Origin: Balanoglossus misakiensis
Taxonomy: Eukaryota > Animalia > Hemichordata
Assembly (NCBI GenBank): GCA_040954595.2
Contig: CM082587.2
Coordinates: forward strand, 11,289,403 to 11,353,402
DNA length: 64,000 nt
Direction: 5' to 3'
Shown: positions 36,722 through 47,108 of the stretch, in pieces
Numbering within the stretch: position 1 is the first letter of the stretch
Layout of the letters: every line of letters starts with the position of its first letter
The notes under the pieces: model-generated
What the model was told of the DNA's origin: nothing
Seen by the model: the letters and a program-made list of their open reading frames with translations, nothing else
Database searches by the model: none
Position numbers and translations under genes: made by a program

Positions 36722-36830
36722 GGATAATGTACGAGTGGAGTGCAATCGTTCAGATATTGAACGACACGAGGGCCGCAGGCCCGAGTGTCGTTCAATATCT
36801 AAACGATTGCACGACACGAGTACATTATCC
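36722..36830. repeat. 109-bp imperfect palindrome
   Basis: GGATAATGTAC..GTGCAATCGTT.AGATATTGAACGACAC.AGGGCC-GCA-GGCCC.AGTGTCGTTCAATATCT.AACGATTGCAC..GTACATTATCC. Confidence 0.85.
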
Positions 36831-37710
36831 GGCTTACAATACGTCGCAACATCTGTGATCTTGATATATGCTAAACAACTTCTCAACCACATCAACCAAT
36901 CACAAGCGTCGCAAAATACACCTGGTGTATGACTCATTTCGATTGGATACTTGTCAACCAGGGCATTTGTCACGTGGTCATTGAAGTGCCACGTTTCCAT
37001 CAGCATTCGGAACTCAACCTTCGACAGACAAACACCATGGCCGAAAGTAGCGACGAGCACGAGCTTTTCATTACCCATGGAGCACGTTCCGACACCCAAG
37101 CGAAAGCGAAGGGCGTAGCTTTTACGATATGGACTGGATTTTCCAAGATTTTGGTAGCTTCATTGAAGAGAATGTACATAAACCATCGGTCATGGAAAGT
37201 GTCCTGCAGAAAATCAAGGGTGCCTTTCTCCTGGCCTGCAGCCGCCATTGCGCACATCCTCAGTCTGTAAGTACCATTTTTCTGTCATTTTCCTCGGAAC
37301 TTGTAAATTTGTAGTTTTATATTGATCAGGAATGTTCGATTGTACGTCAGCGTAGGCACTTCAGGGAAGTTTTGGTACGTCGAAAAAAATCAAGCTTTCA
37401 GTTGAATCCGTGTGTGAGGTAGAAACGAACCCCCAACCAAAGGTTGAGCCCTGCAGCGCAGAGATCACGACAAAGAAAGATGGACGAGCCAAGTGTGTGC
37501 ACCTGGAAGCAGTTCTTCCCGCCGGAGGCAGCACCTCCTGTCAAAGCTATCTTGTTTGTTGTAGTGAATCTTATTATGCCAGGTGCAGTGCAATATCCAG
37601 ATATTGCACTGGTACCAGTGCATTATCATAGATAATGTCCCAAGAGAACAAAGAGTCTGGTCACATGTAGTGTTGTAACGACTGATAATAAACTGTCATT
37701 TCATCCCAGC

Positions 37711-38708
37711 TATGCACTCAAAAAATGACGTGGCATTAACACTAGAGGACGTGTACTGATCTAAGTGAATCAGATCCCGTGAGGAGTACGGTGCCCAGAG
37801 TACACGTGTACTAGTAGAGAAATGCCAAGTGTTGCTACATCTTCGCGCTTCGCCCGCCATTGCTCTCTGGAAAATAGGAGTGTGGTCGAGCGAACTGGTG
37901 CGAGCGGAAAGTCGTGTTGCGACCGTCGGTGAGGCGAATTAAGACACAGCGCTAATAATAGTGTCTGTAACGACTATCACACCAAAACTCATTTACAGTA
38001 AATATAAAAACAGACTACATCGGAGAAGTGTTTCGACGTGTCTTCGTTCTCGAGGAGCCATTTGTATCTGCATTTGCATACCAGAAAGCCACGCCCTCCA
38101 GCCTCGTTCGCGGGTGACTTGTTTGTAATTGTCAAAGGCGAGTTAGTCATGTGCTTAGTTTGTTGGGTGTCAATGTAATCGTCCATGTTAACTTATTTGG
38201 TACAATTCGAGACATATGCACTCAAAAATGATGTGGCATTAAACACTAGAGGACGTGTACTGATCTGAGTGAATCAGATCCCGTGAGGAGTACGGTGCCC
38301 AGAGTACACGTGTCCTAGTAAAGAAATGCCAAATGTTGCTACATCTTCGCGCTTCACCCGCCAAGGTCGCCATTGCTCTCCGGAAAATAGGAGACTGCAT
38401 GTAGTTGAGCGAGCATGTGCGAACGGACGATGGTGTTGCTACCGTCGACGTGGCGAATGAAGACACAGCGCTAATACTAGTGTCTGTCACGACTATCACA
38501 CCAAAACTGTCCTTTACTGTAAATATAAACAAGCTATTCATGTCGGAGGAGTCTTTCCACGAGTCTTCGATATCGAGGAGCCATTTGTATCTGCATAAAT
38601 TTGCATTTCCAGTCTCGTTCGCGGATGACTTGTTTGTATTTGTCAAAGGCGAGTTAGGCACGTGCTTAGTTTTTTGGGTAATCGTAATCGTCCATGGTAA
38701 CTTATTTG
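37711..38708. repeat. Diverged direct duplication of ~500 bp
   Basis: TATGCACTCAAAAA..ACTAGAGGACGTGTACTGATC starts at 37711 and 38215; both copies end GTAATCGTCCATG.TAACTTATTTG. Confidence 0.9.
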
Positions 38709-39632
38709 TCTATTACATATTTTAATGTCATCTTTCTTATCAAGCCTTGATGTAAATACATGTTATTTTCGTAAACACCACGGGTTCACAGAGTTTTGCT
38801 TCCAGGATGTCTGCAGTTGAGTACAGCACACACATCTGCTTCTTGCCCCAATGTCAGAGAGCGTAGCAATACATAATGTATGGTAATTACGTATACGTCC
38901 CTTTCTCAGATCAAAATCATTTAAGTTAACAAAATAATGGTAAGTACATTAAAAATTAAATGGGGGACGAGATAAGGGTGAAGCAATAGTATTTCAAATA
39001 AAATAAAATCTAAAATACATGTGAAATCCTGGTTTGTCCTCATTAAACTAAATTGACGCGCATGAAGGGCTGCAGTCCATTTGTTAATTCTCTTGATCGT
39101 TCTCTCTATTGAACCCAACAGTAAATAAAAATACAAAAAGGTAAGCCAGTCCGGCCAGTGCTAACTTGGTCTGACTGGTACGCTGGAAAGGGAAATCGTC
39201 AAACAGCACCATTTTCAGGACAAGATGTCAATTATGTTTGTGCTACCGGTGGATGCAATGGTCCTCTCATTGTATTATAGAGCTAACTATATTTACGAAA
39301 TTCGCATAGCAATGCTATGTTTCGGCTTTACAACCTGAAGCCAGAGTTTGAAGCAATGAGGAAGGCTGTTGTTATGTTGACCTTCCAAATTTTTGGCCAA
39401 TTGAGAAAATTATTCGGCACATCAAGGGAGAATCTCCAATAATCTCTGCCGGAACAGTTGAAAAAGGACAAATCTATCGCATATGTCCCAAATGTCCCTG
39501 GCTAATTGGGCTGTGGAGACCGGCTGCATAAATGGGTTGTCACCTCAGACGAAATCATTTACGTTGCGAAGTGTAATTAGCGTGCGCTTGGGCCCTAAAA
39601 AATGCCAGTAATACCACAAACAAAGATAATTG

Positions 39633-42128
39633 GTTCCTTATCCCCACTGCGTAGTATGTTTTCGTATGATTTAGTACTGGAATGGTCAAGGACCCCCTGG
39701 TTGGGGACCCTTGTGTTACGCAGAGAGGAAGAAAAACAGGTTGCCACTCCTCGCGGTACAGTGATTTTGGGTGGGCGGGCGGGAGTTTTCCATGCACCAT
39801 TCGATGTGATGTGACACCTGGGTGTTTGCGCACTCCAATTATATATAGGTATCTTATGAATATTCATATTCAATCAACCAATCACTACGCAGTGTAGATA
39901 GTTCCTTATCCCCACTGCGTAGTATGTTTTCGTATGATTTAGTAGTGGAGTGGTCAAGGACCCCCTGGTCCCCCCAAATATTACTTCTTTAGATTCATAA
40001 TCACCCCTTCTCTCATGCCTTCTCTCCAAACCTCATCAACACAAAACAACCCCACAGCCATATATCAGCACGGGAGGAGACTCGAGCCTGGCTTTCCATC
40101 CCGTCCATCGAACTTGTCTAAGCAATCTGTCTTTCATTGCCTCTCTTGGATCAAAAATCACATTACGTTCCCATGCACTCATACCAGACATCGGGTTAAG
40201 AGACTAAGAAGAAAAACCACGGGAGAAAATACTATCAATAATTTTGTCGATAAAGAAAATAACAGTAGCATAAGACACACAACCAGGGGGTTATAATTAA
40301 ACCCCCAAGGCGAGGAAGAAAAAATAAATTGTTCATCGGAATCGCCGCTTCTACTTTGGATGATTTGGAATTTTTTGGGGGGGGATCTCGGCAAATATTC
40401 TACTTCCGTGTTACAACATTCTTAGTCACTGTCGCTGGTGGCCAGAATATGTTGTGCAAACACCAACTGTAAAGTTAATTGCCTATGTTATTGTTGGGAA
40501 ATATAGTATTGAATTCAGTTACAAGTACATGTATCAGTGTTTTTTGTCTGAGATATTTCTGGTAAAAAGGGAAACAATTATCTCGCCTTTTCTGCATCTG
40601 TGCAAAAACCGCATTTACTTTCAGCCTAAACAATAAATAAAAATAAAAATATTCGCTCGCCGCTCCTGGACCTTGGTCCAAAAAATCCGATGAACAAGAT
40701 TTTATTTCTCTCTGGCCCAAGGCCCTTTTTTTAAGGCAAGCCAGCATTTAGTGAGCTGACTATACCTAAGGGCTATCGAAATAATAACATCAAATAAACA
40801 TCCGGAAAGAAAACAAATTTCACACATGCACAACTGCATAATCAAATAATCATTACTATATCACATGTTTCCCATTGAAACACCTTTGCCCAGTATTCAT
40901 ACATAATTCATCACTCGTCAAATATTACATGTCTCTCAATAGGACAATCCCATACAACTACGCACACCTGTATAATCAGCCAATCACTATGTGAATCACA
41001 TAAATACTCAAACAAAATCCACGCATAAAAATTTACATGTCTCTCAACAGGACACATCCTACTTCAATATGCATACCTATGTAATCGGCCAATCACATGT
41101 CTCTCATGGGACACAAAAAAAATTACGTGTCTCCCACTGGACACCCAAATTCAATATTCAAACACGTGTCAAATTTTATCACAAAAAACTTACGTGTCTC
41201 CCACTGGACACCCAATTTCAGTATTCAAAACACGTGTCAAATTTTATCACAAAAAACTTACGTGTCTCCCCACTGGACACCCAATTTCAGTATTCAAAAC
41301 ACGTGTCAAATTTTATCACAAACACTTACGTGTCTCCCACTGGACACGCAATTTCAGTATTCAAGACACGTGTCATATTTTATCACAAAAACTTACGTGT
41401 CTTCCACTGGACACCCTATTTCAGTATTCAAAACACGTGTCAACTTTCATCATGAAGCATACGTACGCGTGTCTCCCACTGGACACCCCAAAACTAATTA
41501 TATCAAAAACTTATATACTTCATGTCTCTCAACAGGACAAACCACTTCAATACAGAAAACGTACACACCTGTGTAATCACCTATTAACAAGTCATAAACT
41601 CGTCACAGATTTCCTTTCAAATACTTACCATAAATAGCATAATTTTTGTACCAACACACATGTACAAAAGCTAACCAAACCGCTTTTTCCAAATCTTCAT
41701 ACTCAACTTGAAGTACACTATGACAAAATTCATATGAATAAATATCGCACTGCAAACACAGAAAAACAACTTACCGCCTTGTTTTGAGGTGGCGGTCTCA
41801 ACTCAGCAGCCTGGGTAGGCCAAGTTGCCTGAGAGGTAGAACCCGACACAGAACCCATTACACCGCTTGGTACACTCACACGTCTTGGTAGTTGGTTACC
41901 ACCCTTTTGCAGAGGTTTTGGCTACTGTGCTTGTAGTTGTGAAGTACCCTGCACTACAGGTTGTGAAGTAGACTGCATGCTGTACCGCGAGGAGTAGGGT
42001 CTGCTCTCTAGTTATCCATGCACCGTTCGATGTGATGTGACAGCTGGGTGTATGCGCACTCCTATTATATATAGGTATCCTATGAATATTCATATTCACT
42101 CAACCAATCACTACGCAGTGTAGATAGT
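39633..42128 (-). mobile_element. Non-autonomous split-direct-repeat (Ngaro/PAT-like) tyrosine-recombinase retroelement
   Basis: Minus-strand order A1 (42128-42014) - internal - B1 (39969-39901) - A2 (39902-39789) - B2 (39701-39633); GT dinucleotide shared by both ends and the B1/A2 junction; no RT/YR ORF. Confidence 0.7.
41123..41490. repeat. ~68-bp tandem repeat, ~5.5 copies
   Basis: TTACGTGTCTCCCACTGGACAC starts at 41123, 41190, 41258, 41326, 41393. Confidence 0.93.
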
Positions 42129-42235
42129 AAAAATATAAAACATGCGACCTTGATTAATGAGCAACCTATCGACCAAACCATACATAAAGTTTTGTTGAGC
42201 TTGATACCGTCCAGAGTTCTGGCCCGACGGCCAGT

Positions 42236-42264
42236 ATCGCTTCTCGGCCTTTTGGCTAAGATCA
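42236..42264 (+). ncRNA. U2: U2 snRNA 5' end (nt 1-29), interrupted
   Basis: ATCGCTTCTCGGCCTTTTGGCTAAGATCA is the conserved metazoan U2 5' sequence; the following AGTGTAGTATCTG is replaced by LINE sequence. Confidence 0.93.
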
Positions 42265-43676
42265 TTGGTTGTTACTGGTGTGTTATATCCAATCCAAGAA
42301 GAGTATTTCTACAGGTGGTTTTTTCATCGTTCGACGTCCTCGTGGAGCTTCGTTTCTTCTTTTCTTTTGGTATCAGCCAGGTGGACGCGAGCGTGAGTTG
42401 CTTCTTTTTTAGCTTCTCATTTTTCTTTGTCGTTTTTGATTTTTTGATTTTCGCTTCAGTATGGTGCGTAAAGACCGCACCTTGTTGTTGAAGTTTCGGG
42501 AGGGTGTGAGTGGGTCGGGTAGGATTTTTGAGTTATTGCGTGAGGCGGGTGTGTGTGCAAAGACCCATCTGCAGGCGGTCCAAAGATTGCCGGGTCGATG
42601 TGTAGATGTAACGTTTAGGACATTGTCTTTTAGACGTCAGTTTGAAGACGTCTTGAGGGGTGCGAAAGAGTTCGAAACTCAGACTTATAGTTCTGATGTT
42701 GTTACGCTGACTGCCTTGTATATTGATAATGAGTTGGACGACAATTTTGTCCAGCGGATTTTGTCTGGGTACGGGACGGTCCTGGCAGGCAGGAAGTGTG
42801 TTTTCAGGGAGGAGCCTTCGGTGTACAATGGTACGAGGCAGTATCGTGTGCGGTTGAAAAAAAAACATCCCTTCGACGATCAGGATTGGTACGCGCAACG
42901 TGTGGCTGTCCTATCCTGGACAGCCACGTACCTGTGTTAGATGTGGCTAGGTGGGGCACCTGGCCAAGGAATGTAGTAACATTAATTGCTTCCGGTGTGG
43001 TCAGTTGGGCCACCATGTGAATAAATGTACCTTTGATGTGAAGTGTTCCGTTTGTGGGGGGAGGGCCATGTGTTTAGAAATTTCATTTGCCAATAGAGTG
43101 TCCCTGACGAAGTCTTGGCTACCGACGTCGGAAGCCGCTCTGTCCCCTAGCGCGGAAGTGGTAAATAAAATAGTTGATGATATTGTGGCGGCGGCGGTCA
43201 ATACGGCTATGGGGCAGTCGTCTGCAGAGCACGTTTGTGAAGATTCTGTCCCAGGTGCTGAGTGTTCTGTTTTTTCAGACGAAATTACGCCTGGTCAGGG
43301 TGACCAGGTAGAGACTTCAGGTAGTGTACAAAGTGTTGCGATGGAGGTCGAGGAAGGGCAGCAACATAATTCGGATTTTTTTAGTCCAAGGTCATCCTTT
43401 TCATCTTTGGAAATGATTTCCACTTTTTCTGCTAAGCGTCCAGCTTCCTCCGATGAATCTGAGGAGGATTCCAAGCGAGTTGCTGTTGCTGTTGATAGCG
43501 AAGCCGACTCTGATTGTTCAGTGACCTCACATGCGTCTGGTTCTGTTTCTTCACAGTCTACAGTTGAATTACGTCAAAAGGCGTTAGATTCTGTTCGTCT
43601 TTCATCCATAATGGATTTGTCCACTGTGTACTCTTCATGGAAAATATATTGTTCATGGTTCCAAGAATCGAAGTAG
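42265..43676 (+). mobile_element. Keno-like (U2-targeting Tx1-clade) LINE, 5' part only
   Basis: Begins directly after U2 nt 29; T-rich 5' UTR; zinc-knuckle ORF1; ORF2 absent (cut by Penelope). Confidence 0.8.
42461..43676 (+). pseudogene. Tx1-type ORF1 (RRM-like + CCHC zinc knuckles), frameshifted with a stop
   Basis: DVTF, YNGTRQYRV, then after A-run frameshift at 42857-42866 IPSTIRIG...YPGQPRTCVRCG*VGHLAKEC, CFRCGQLGHHVNKC, CSVCG. Confidence 0.88.
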
Positions 43677-43715
43677 ATAGTGAAATATAGTCACTTTGGA
43701 ACAGTATTTTTGAAA

Positions 43716-43762
43716 CAGTGCGACGTTTCGATCCGACTACAACGGAGCTTGATCACGCAATG
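43716..43762 (-). ncRNA. Hammerhead-ribozyme-like motif in inverted Penelope pseudo-LTR (non-canonical core)
   Basis: Minus strand GTGATCAAG-CTCCG-TTGTAGT-CGGA-TCGAAACGTCGC: stem II plus GAAAC-GTC box, but CUGANGA box is altered. Confidence 0.4.
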
Positions 43763-43769
43763 GTGTTAA

Positions 43770-45350
43770 TTATTCAGCGTTGATGTCTCAGCAACAGGCG
43801 GAAAGATCGTACGATGGGAAAACCACAAGAAGTTCAACGTCCGTTGTTTTCGGCAAAACATCACGCCGACCAGCATAAAGCTCAACTCTAACGTTACCGG
43901 AAAACAAGCTGACAAGATCGTGGCCAAAGCTGAGAAACAACTCATTAATGTCCGCATTCGCCAGTGCACATATACCATCATAAAACTGGGGGACAAACTA
44001 GATGAACATCAAAAGCAACTTGACGCCATCCTGAATTCCAACGAACAAGTGGAGGTGTGGGGACTCTTAGACTCGGTGCATCGTAACACCTATGAAGACA
44101 CTAAAGCTAGACAAATGGTCAAGTTTGAAAACCTGAGGAAAAAGAAACAAGAGAAGCACACAGTGAGTAACACCAGTGTAAACACAGATAGATGGGTAGT
44201 CAATCTGAGCAACAGACAGCTAAATGCTAATGAAATCTCCATTCTGAAAAAGGGACTGAACTTTGCGATAACACCAACCGAGGTACCAGTTGCTGAGATC
44301 ATCGCTGGTACAGAGACAGTATGCAGTAAGCTCTCAGAAACCAAAGCAGCTGAGTTGAGAAGTGAAGTGGTACGAGTAGTAAAGCGGGCCAAAATATCCA
44401 AATCCAACATAACGAAGGAAGAGCGACATGCCATACAAATATTACGTAAAGACGAGTCCATCATTGTACTACCAGCTGACAAAGGCAGGGCAACAGTGTT
44501 GATGAACATGGCTGACTATAAAAAGAAAATTAACACTCTATTGTCTGACAACAACACCTATAAGACACTAAAGAAAGATCCCACTTCCAGATACAAGACC
44601 AAATTAGTTAACATGTTGAGAGATATCAGGAAAGAAGGCAACATTAGTGACAAACTATACTGGAAACTGTACCCCAACTCTGAAGAAGCACCCAAACTGT
44701 ACGGAACACCAAAAATACACAAACCAGACGCACCACTTCGACCCATTGTGTCTACCTGTGGCAGCATCACTTACAACGTTGCGCGCCATCTAGCTGAAGT
44801 CCTTACACCACTTGTCAGTAACACAGTACACAGTATTAAAAACAGTAAAGAACTGGTAGACAAGCTGAAAGATCTGCGAATTTCACCTGGCCAAAAACTG
44901 GTCTCCTATGATGTCACAGCCTTGTTCACTATTGTCCCAGTAGACCAAGCACTAGAAGTCACTCAAAACAAACTCAAGACAGATGACACCCTCAGCAACC
45001 GATCAGAACTCACTGTAGAACAAATAACCAAGTTATTGGAGTTCTGTCTGAAAACCACGTATTTTGTGTATGATGGGACATTTTACCAACAAACCCATGG
45101 AGCTGCAATGGGGTCACCAGTGTCACCCATTGTAGCGAACTTATACATGGAGTACTTTGAAGACCGTGCTATCTCCACAGCCCCCTACCCACCATCATTG
45201 TGGCTGCGATACGTGGATGACACCTTCGTGAATACAGATGAACAGGCGGTAGACTCACTGACACAACATATAAACAGTATAGATCCTCATATTCAATTCA
45301 CCATAGAACCAGAATCAGATAAGAAATTGCCTTTCCTCGACCTCTGCGTC
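43770..45350 (+). pseudogene. Penelope reverse transcriptase ORF, truncated before GIY-YIG
   Basis: VVNLS, LKKGLNF, PADKG, LYGTPKIHK, PLRPIVS, SYDVTALFT, GAAMGSPVSP, RYVDD, LPFLD; frame open from ~43770. Confidence 0.95.
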
Positions 45351-47108
45351 TGTATCACCCCAATATGTAATAATTAACCCAATGTGTAATACTAACCCAA
45401 TATGTAATAACACTTAAACCAATATGTAATACTAACCCAATTTGTAATAACACTTAACCCAATATGTAATAAACTTTAATTCTACATGTAATAAACGTTA
45501 TCAGCTAGCTGCATATGTAATAAGCGTTAACACTATATGTTATAGACTTGAATTTTACATGAAATAACGTTAATTCTACATGAAAAAATACGTTATTAGT
45601 TAACCCTATATCTAATAAACTTTATTTCTACATGAAATAACGTTAATTCTACATGAAAAAAACGTTATTAGTTAACCCTATATGTAATAAACTTTAACCC
45701 TGTATGCAATAAACTTAAACACAATATGTAACACTAACCCAATATGTAATACCACTTAAACCAATATGTAGCACTAACTCAATATGTAATAACACTTTAA
45801 CCCAATATGTAATACTAACCCAATATGTAAGAACACCTTAACCCAATATGTAATACTAACCCAATATGTAATAACACTTTAACCCAATATGTAATAACAC
45901 TGCCCTAATGTGTTTGAATATGTAATATTAACCCAATAGAGTTGAAGTAAAACTCAAGTCTTTATAAAAGTAGTGAAATCAAGTTGTGTACGCATGTGTG
46001 ACATCAAAATATTGTCTCAGATGGAAGCTCCCAGACATATACAGAGAATACCCAGGACACATAATTGACATGGAAAATTTCCAAATTTTAGACAGAGAAT
46101 CTGATGTATTAATGAAGCCATATACATCAGGACACTTCAACCCTCACTTGTACAGATGGGGACAAGGGGGGTTACACTTTACCATCCGTGCACACTACTT
46201 GCCCGTCAAAAGTGAAACAGATACTTATATTGAATGCCTTACGCGTCAAGTATACCTTTCTTAATTTTGAAGTCCAAAAGCGGGGGGGGGGGGGGGTCAT
46301 CTTTAAAAAAAAAAAAAAAAACGTTTAGGGGGTTCACATACTTATGCCACAAAACTTGTGCTTTTGAGTCCACAAAATGCAGTTTCGCACCCTTTATTTT
46401 ACAAAATTTTCTAAACCCCAGCGTACCCCCGTGGCCTCCCCACCTCGGGTGATACAGGACAAATGTGGCGAATTAGCCCGGTGGTTGCAGTCCCCTAGTG
46501 GGTGGATCCGTATACTAACAGCCGATAGTAATAGTTTTGCGAAATATAGCATAAAGCTAGAGGTTCAAACAGCAAAATTTTACCTTGATTTCATATGGAA
46601 GTAAAGGTTAGGTAAATCTATCACTATGTTAACTTTACGAGGACTATCAAATGCTACCGGAACTTGCAAGTAATTCGTTGAGTTAAGCGGGAAGTATGTT
46701 AATCAATAGGGTTTCCCCCTCTATCACCACCTCTATTGAAAATAGATGAAATAACATTATGGTCTTTTCCCAGAAAGACAAATATACCCCCCCCCCCTTC
46801 GTATAAAAAATACAAGCCACCGTTATTACATATTGGGTTAATGAAAAACATTGATTTTAGTTTCAAAAATGTTTAGTAAGGATTCCAATTCATATACAGG
46901 TATAATTTAATATTGATTTGGTGTATTTCATTTAGCTTAGCATTAAAATACATTAGGGCAGTGTTATTACATATTGGGTTAAGGTGTTATTACATATTGG
47001 GTTAACGTTTATTACATATAGGGTTAGTGTTACATATTGGGTTAAGTGTTATTACATATTGGGTTAGTATTACATATTGGGTTAATTATTACATATTGGG
47101 GTGATGCA
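45351..47108. mobile_element. Non-autonomous TIR DNA transposon with ~20-bp subterminal tandem repeats (TG...CA ends, Ginger-like)
   Basis: Left TGTATCACCCCAATATGTAATAATTAACCC vs right GGGTTAATTATTACATATTGGGGTGATGCA; AACCCAATATGTAATA arrays 45351-45940 and inverted 46820-47108; flanks CGTC/GCTA give no TSD. Confidence 0.8.
46059..46180 (+). pseudogene. Decayed Penelope GIY-YIG endonuclease C-terminal fragment
   Basis: HIIDMENFQILDRESD / EAIYIRTLQPSL across a frameshift. Confidence 0.65.

Larger units (their letters stand above)
43677..45350 (+). mobile_element. Penelope-like element (inverted pseudo-LTR then RT ORF), 3'-truncated
   Basis: Penelope-specific motifs in ORF; antisense GATCGAAACGTCGC motif upstream. 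Confidence 0.9.

Noticed and set aside
38760-39560. Possible Cys-rich exon remnants
   Set aside because: Stops present and no recognisable family; cannot be supported.
40991-41637. Three overlapping 147-159-aa ORFs
   Set aside because: Artefact of the 68-bp tandem repeat cycling through frames.
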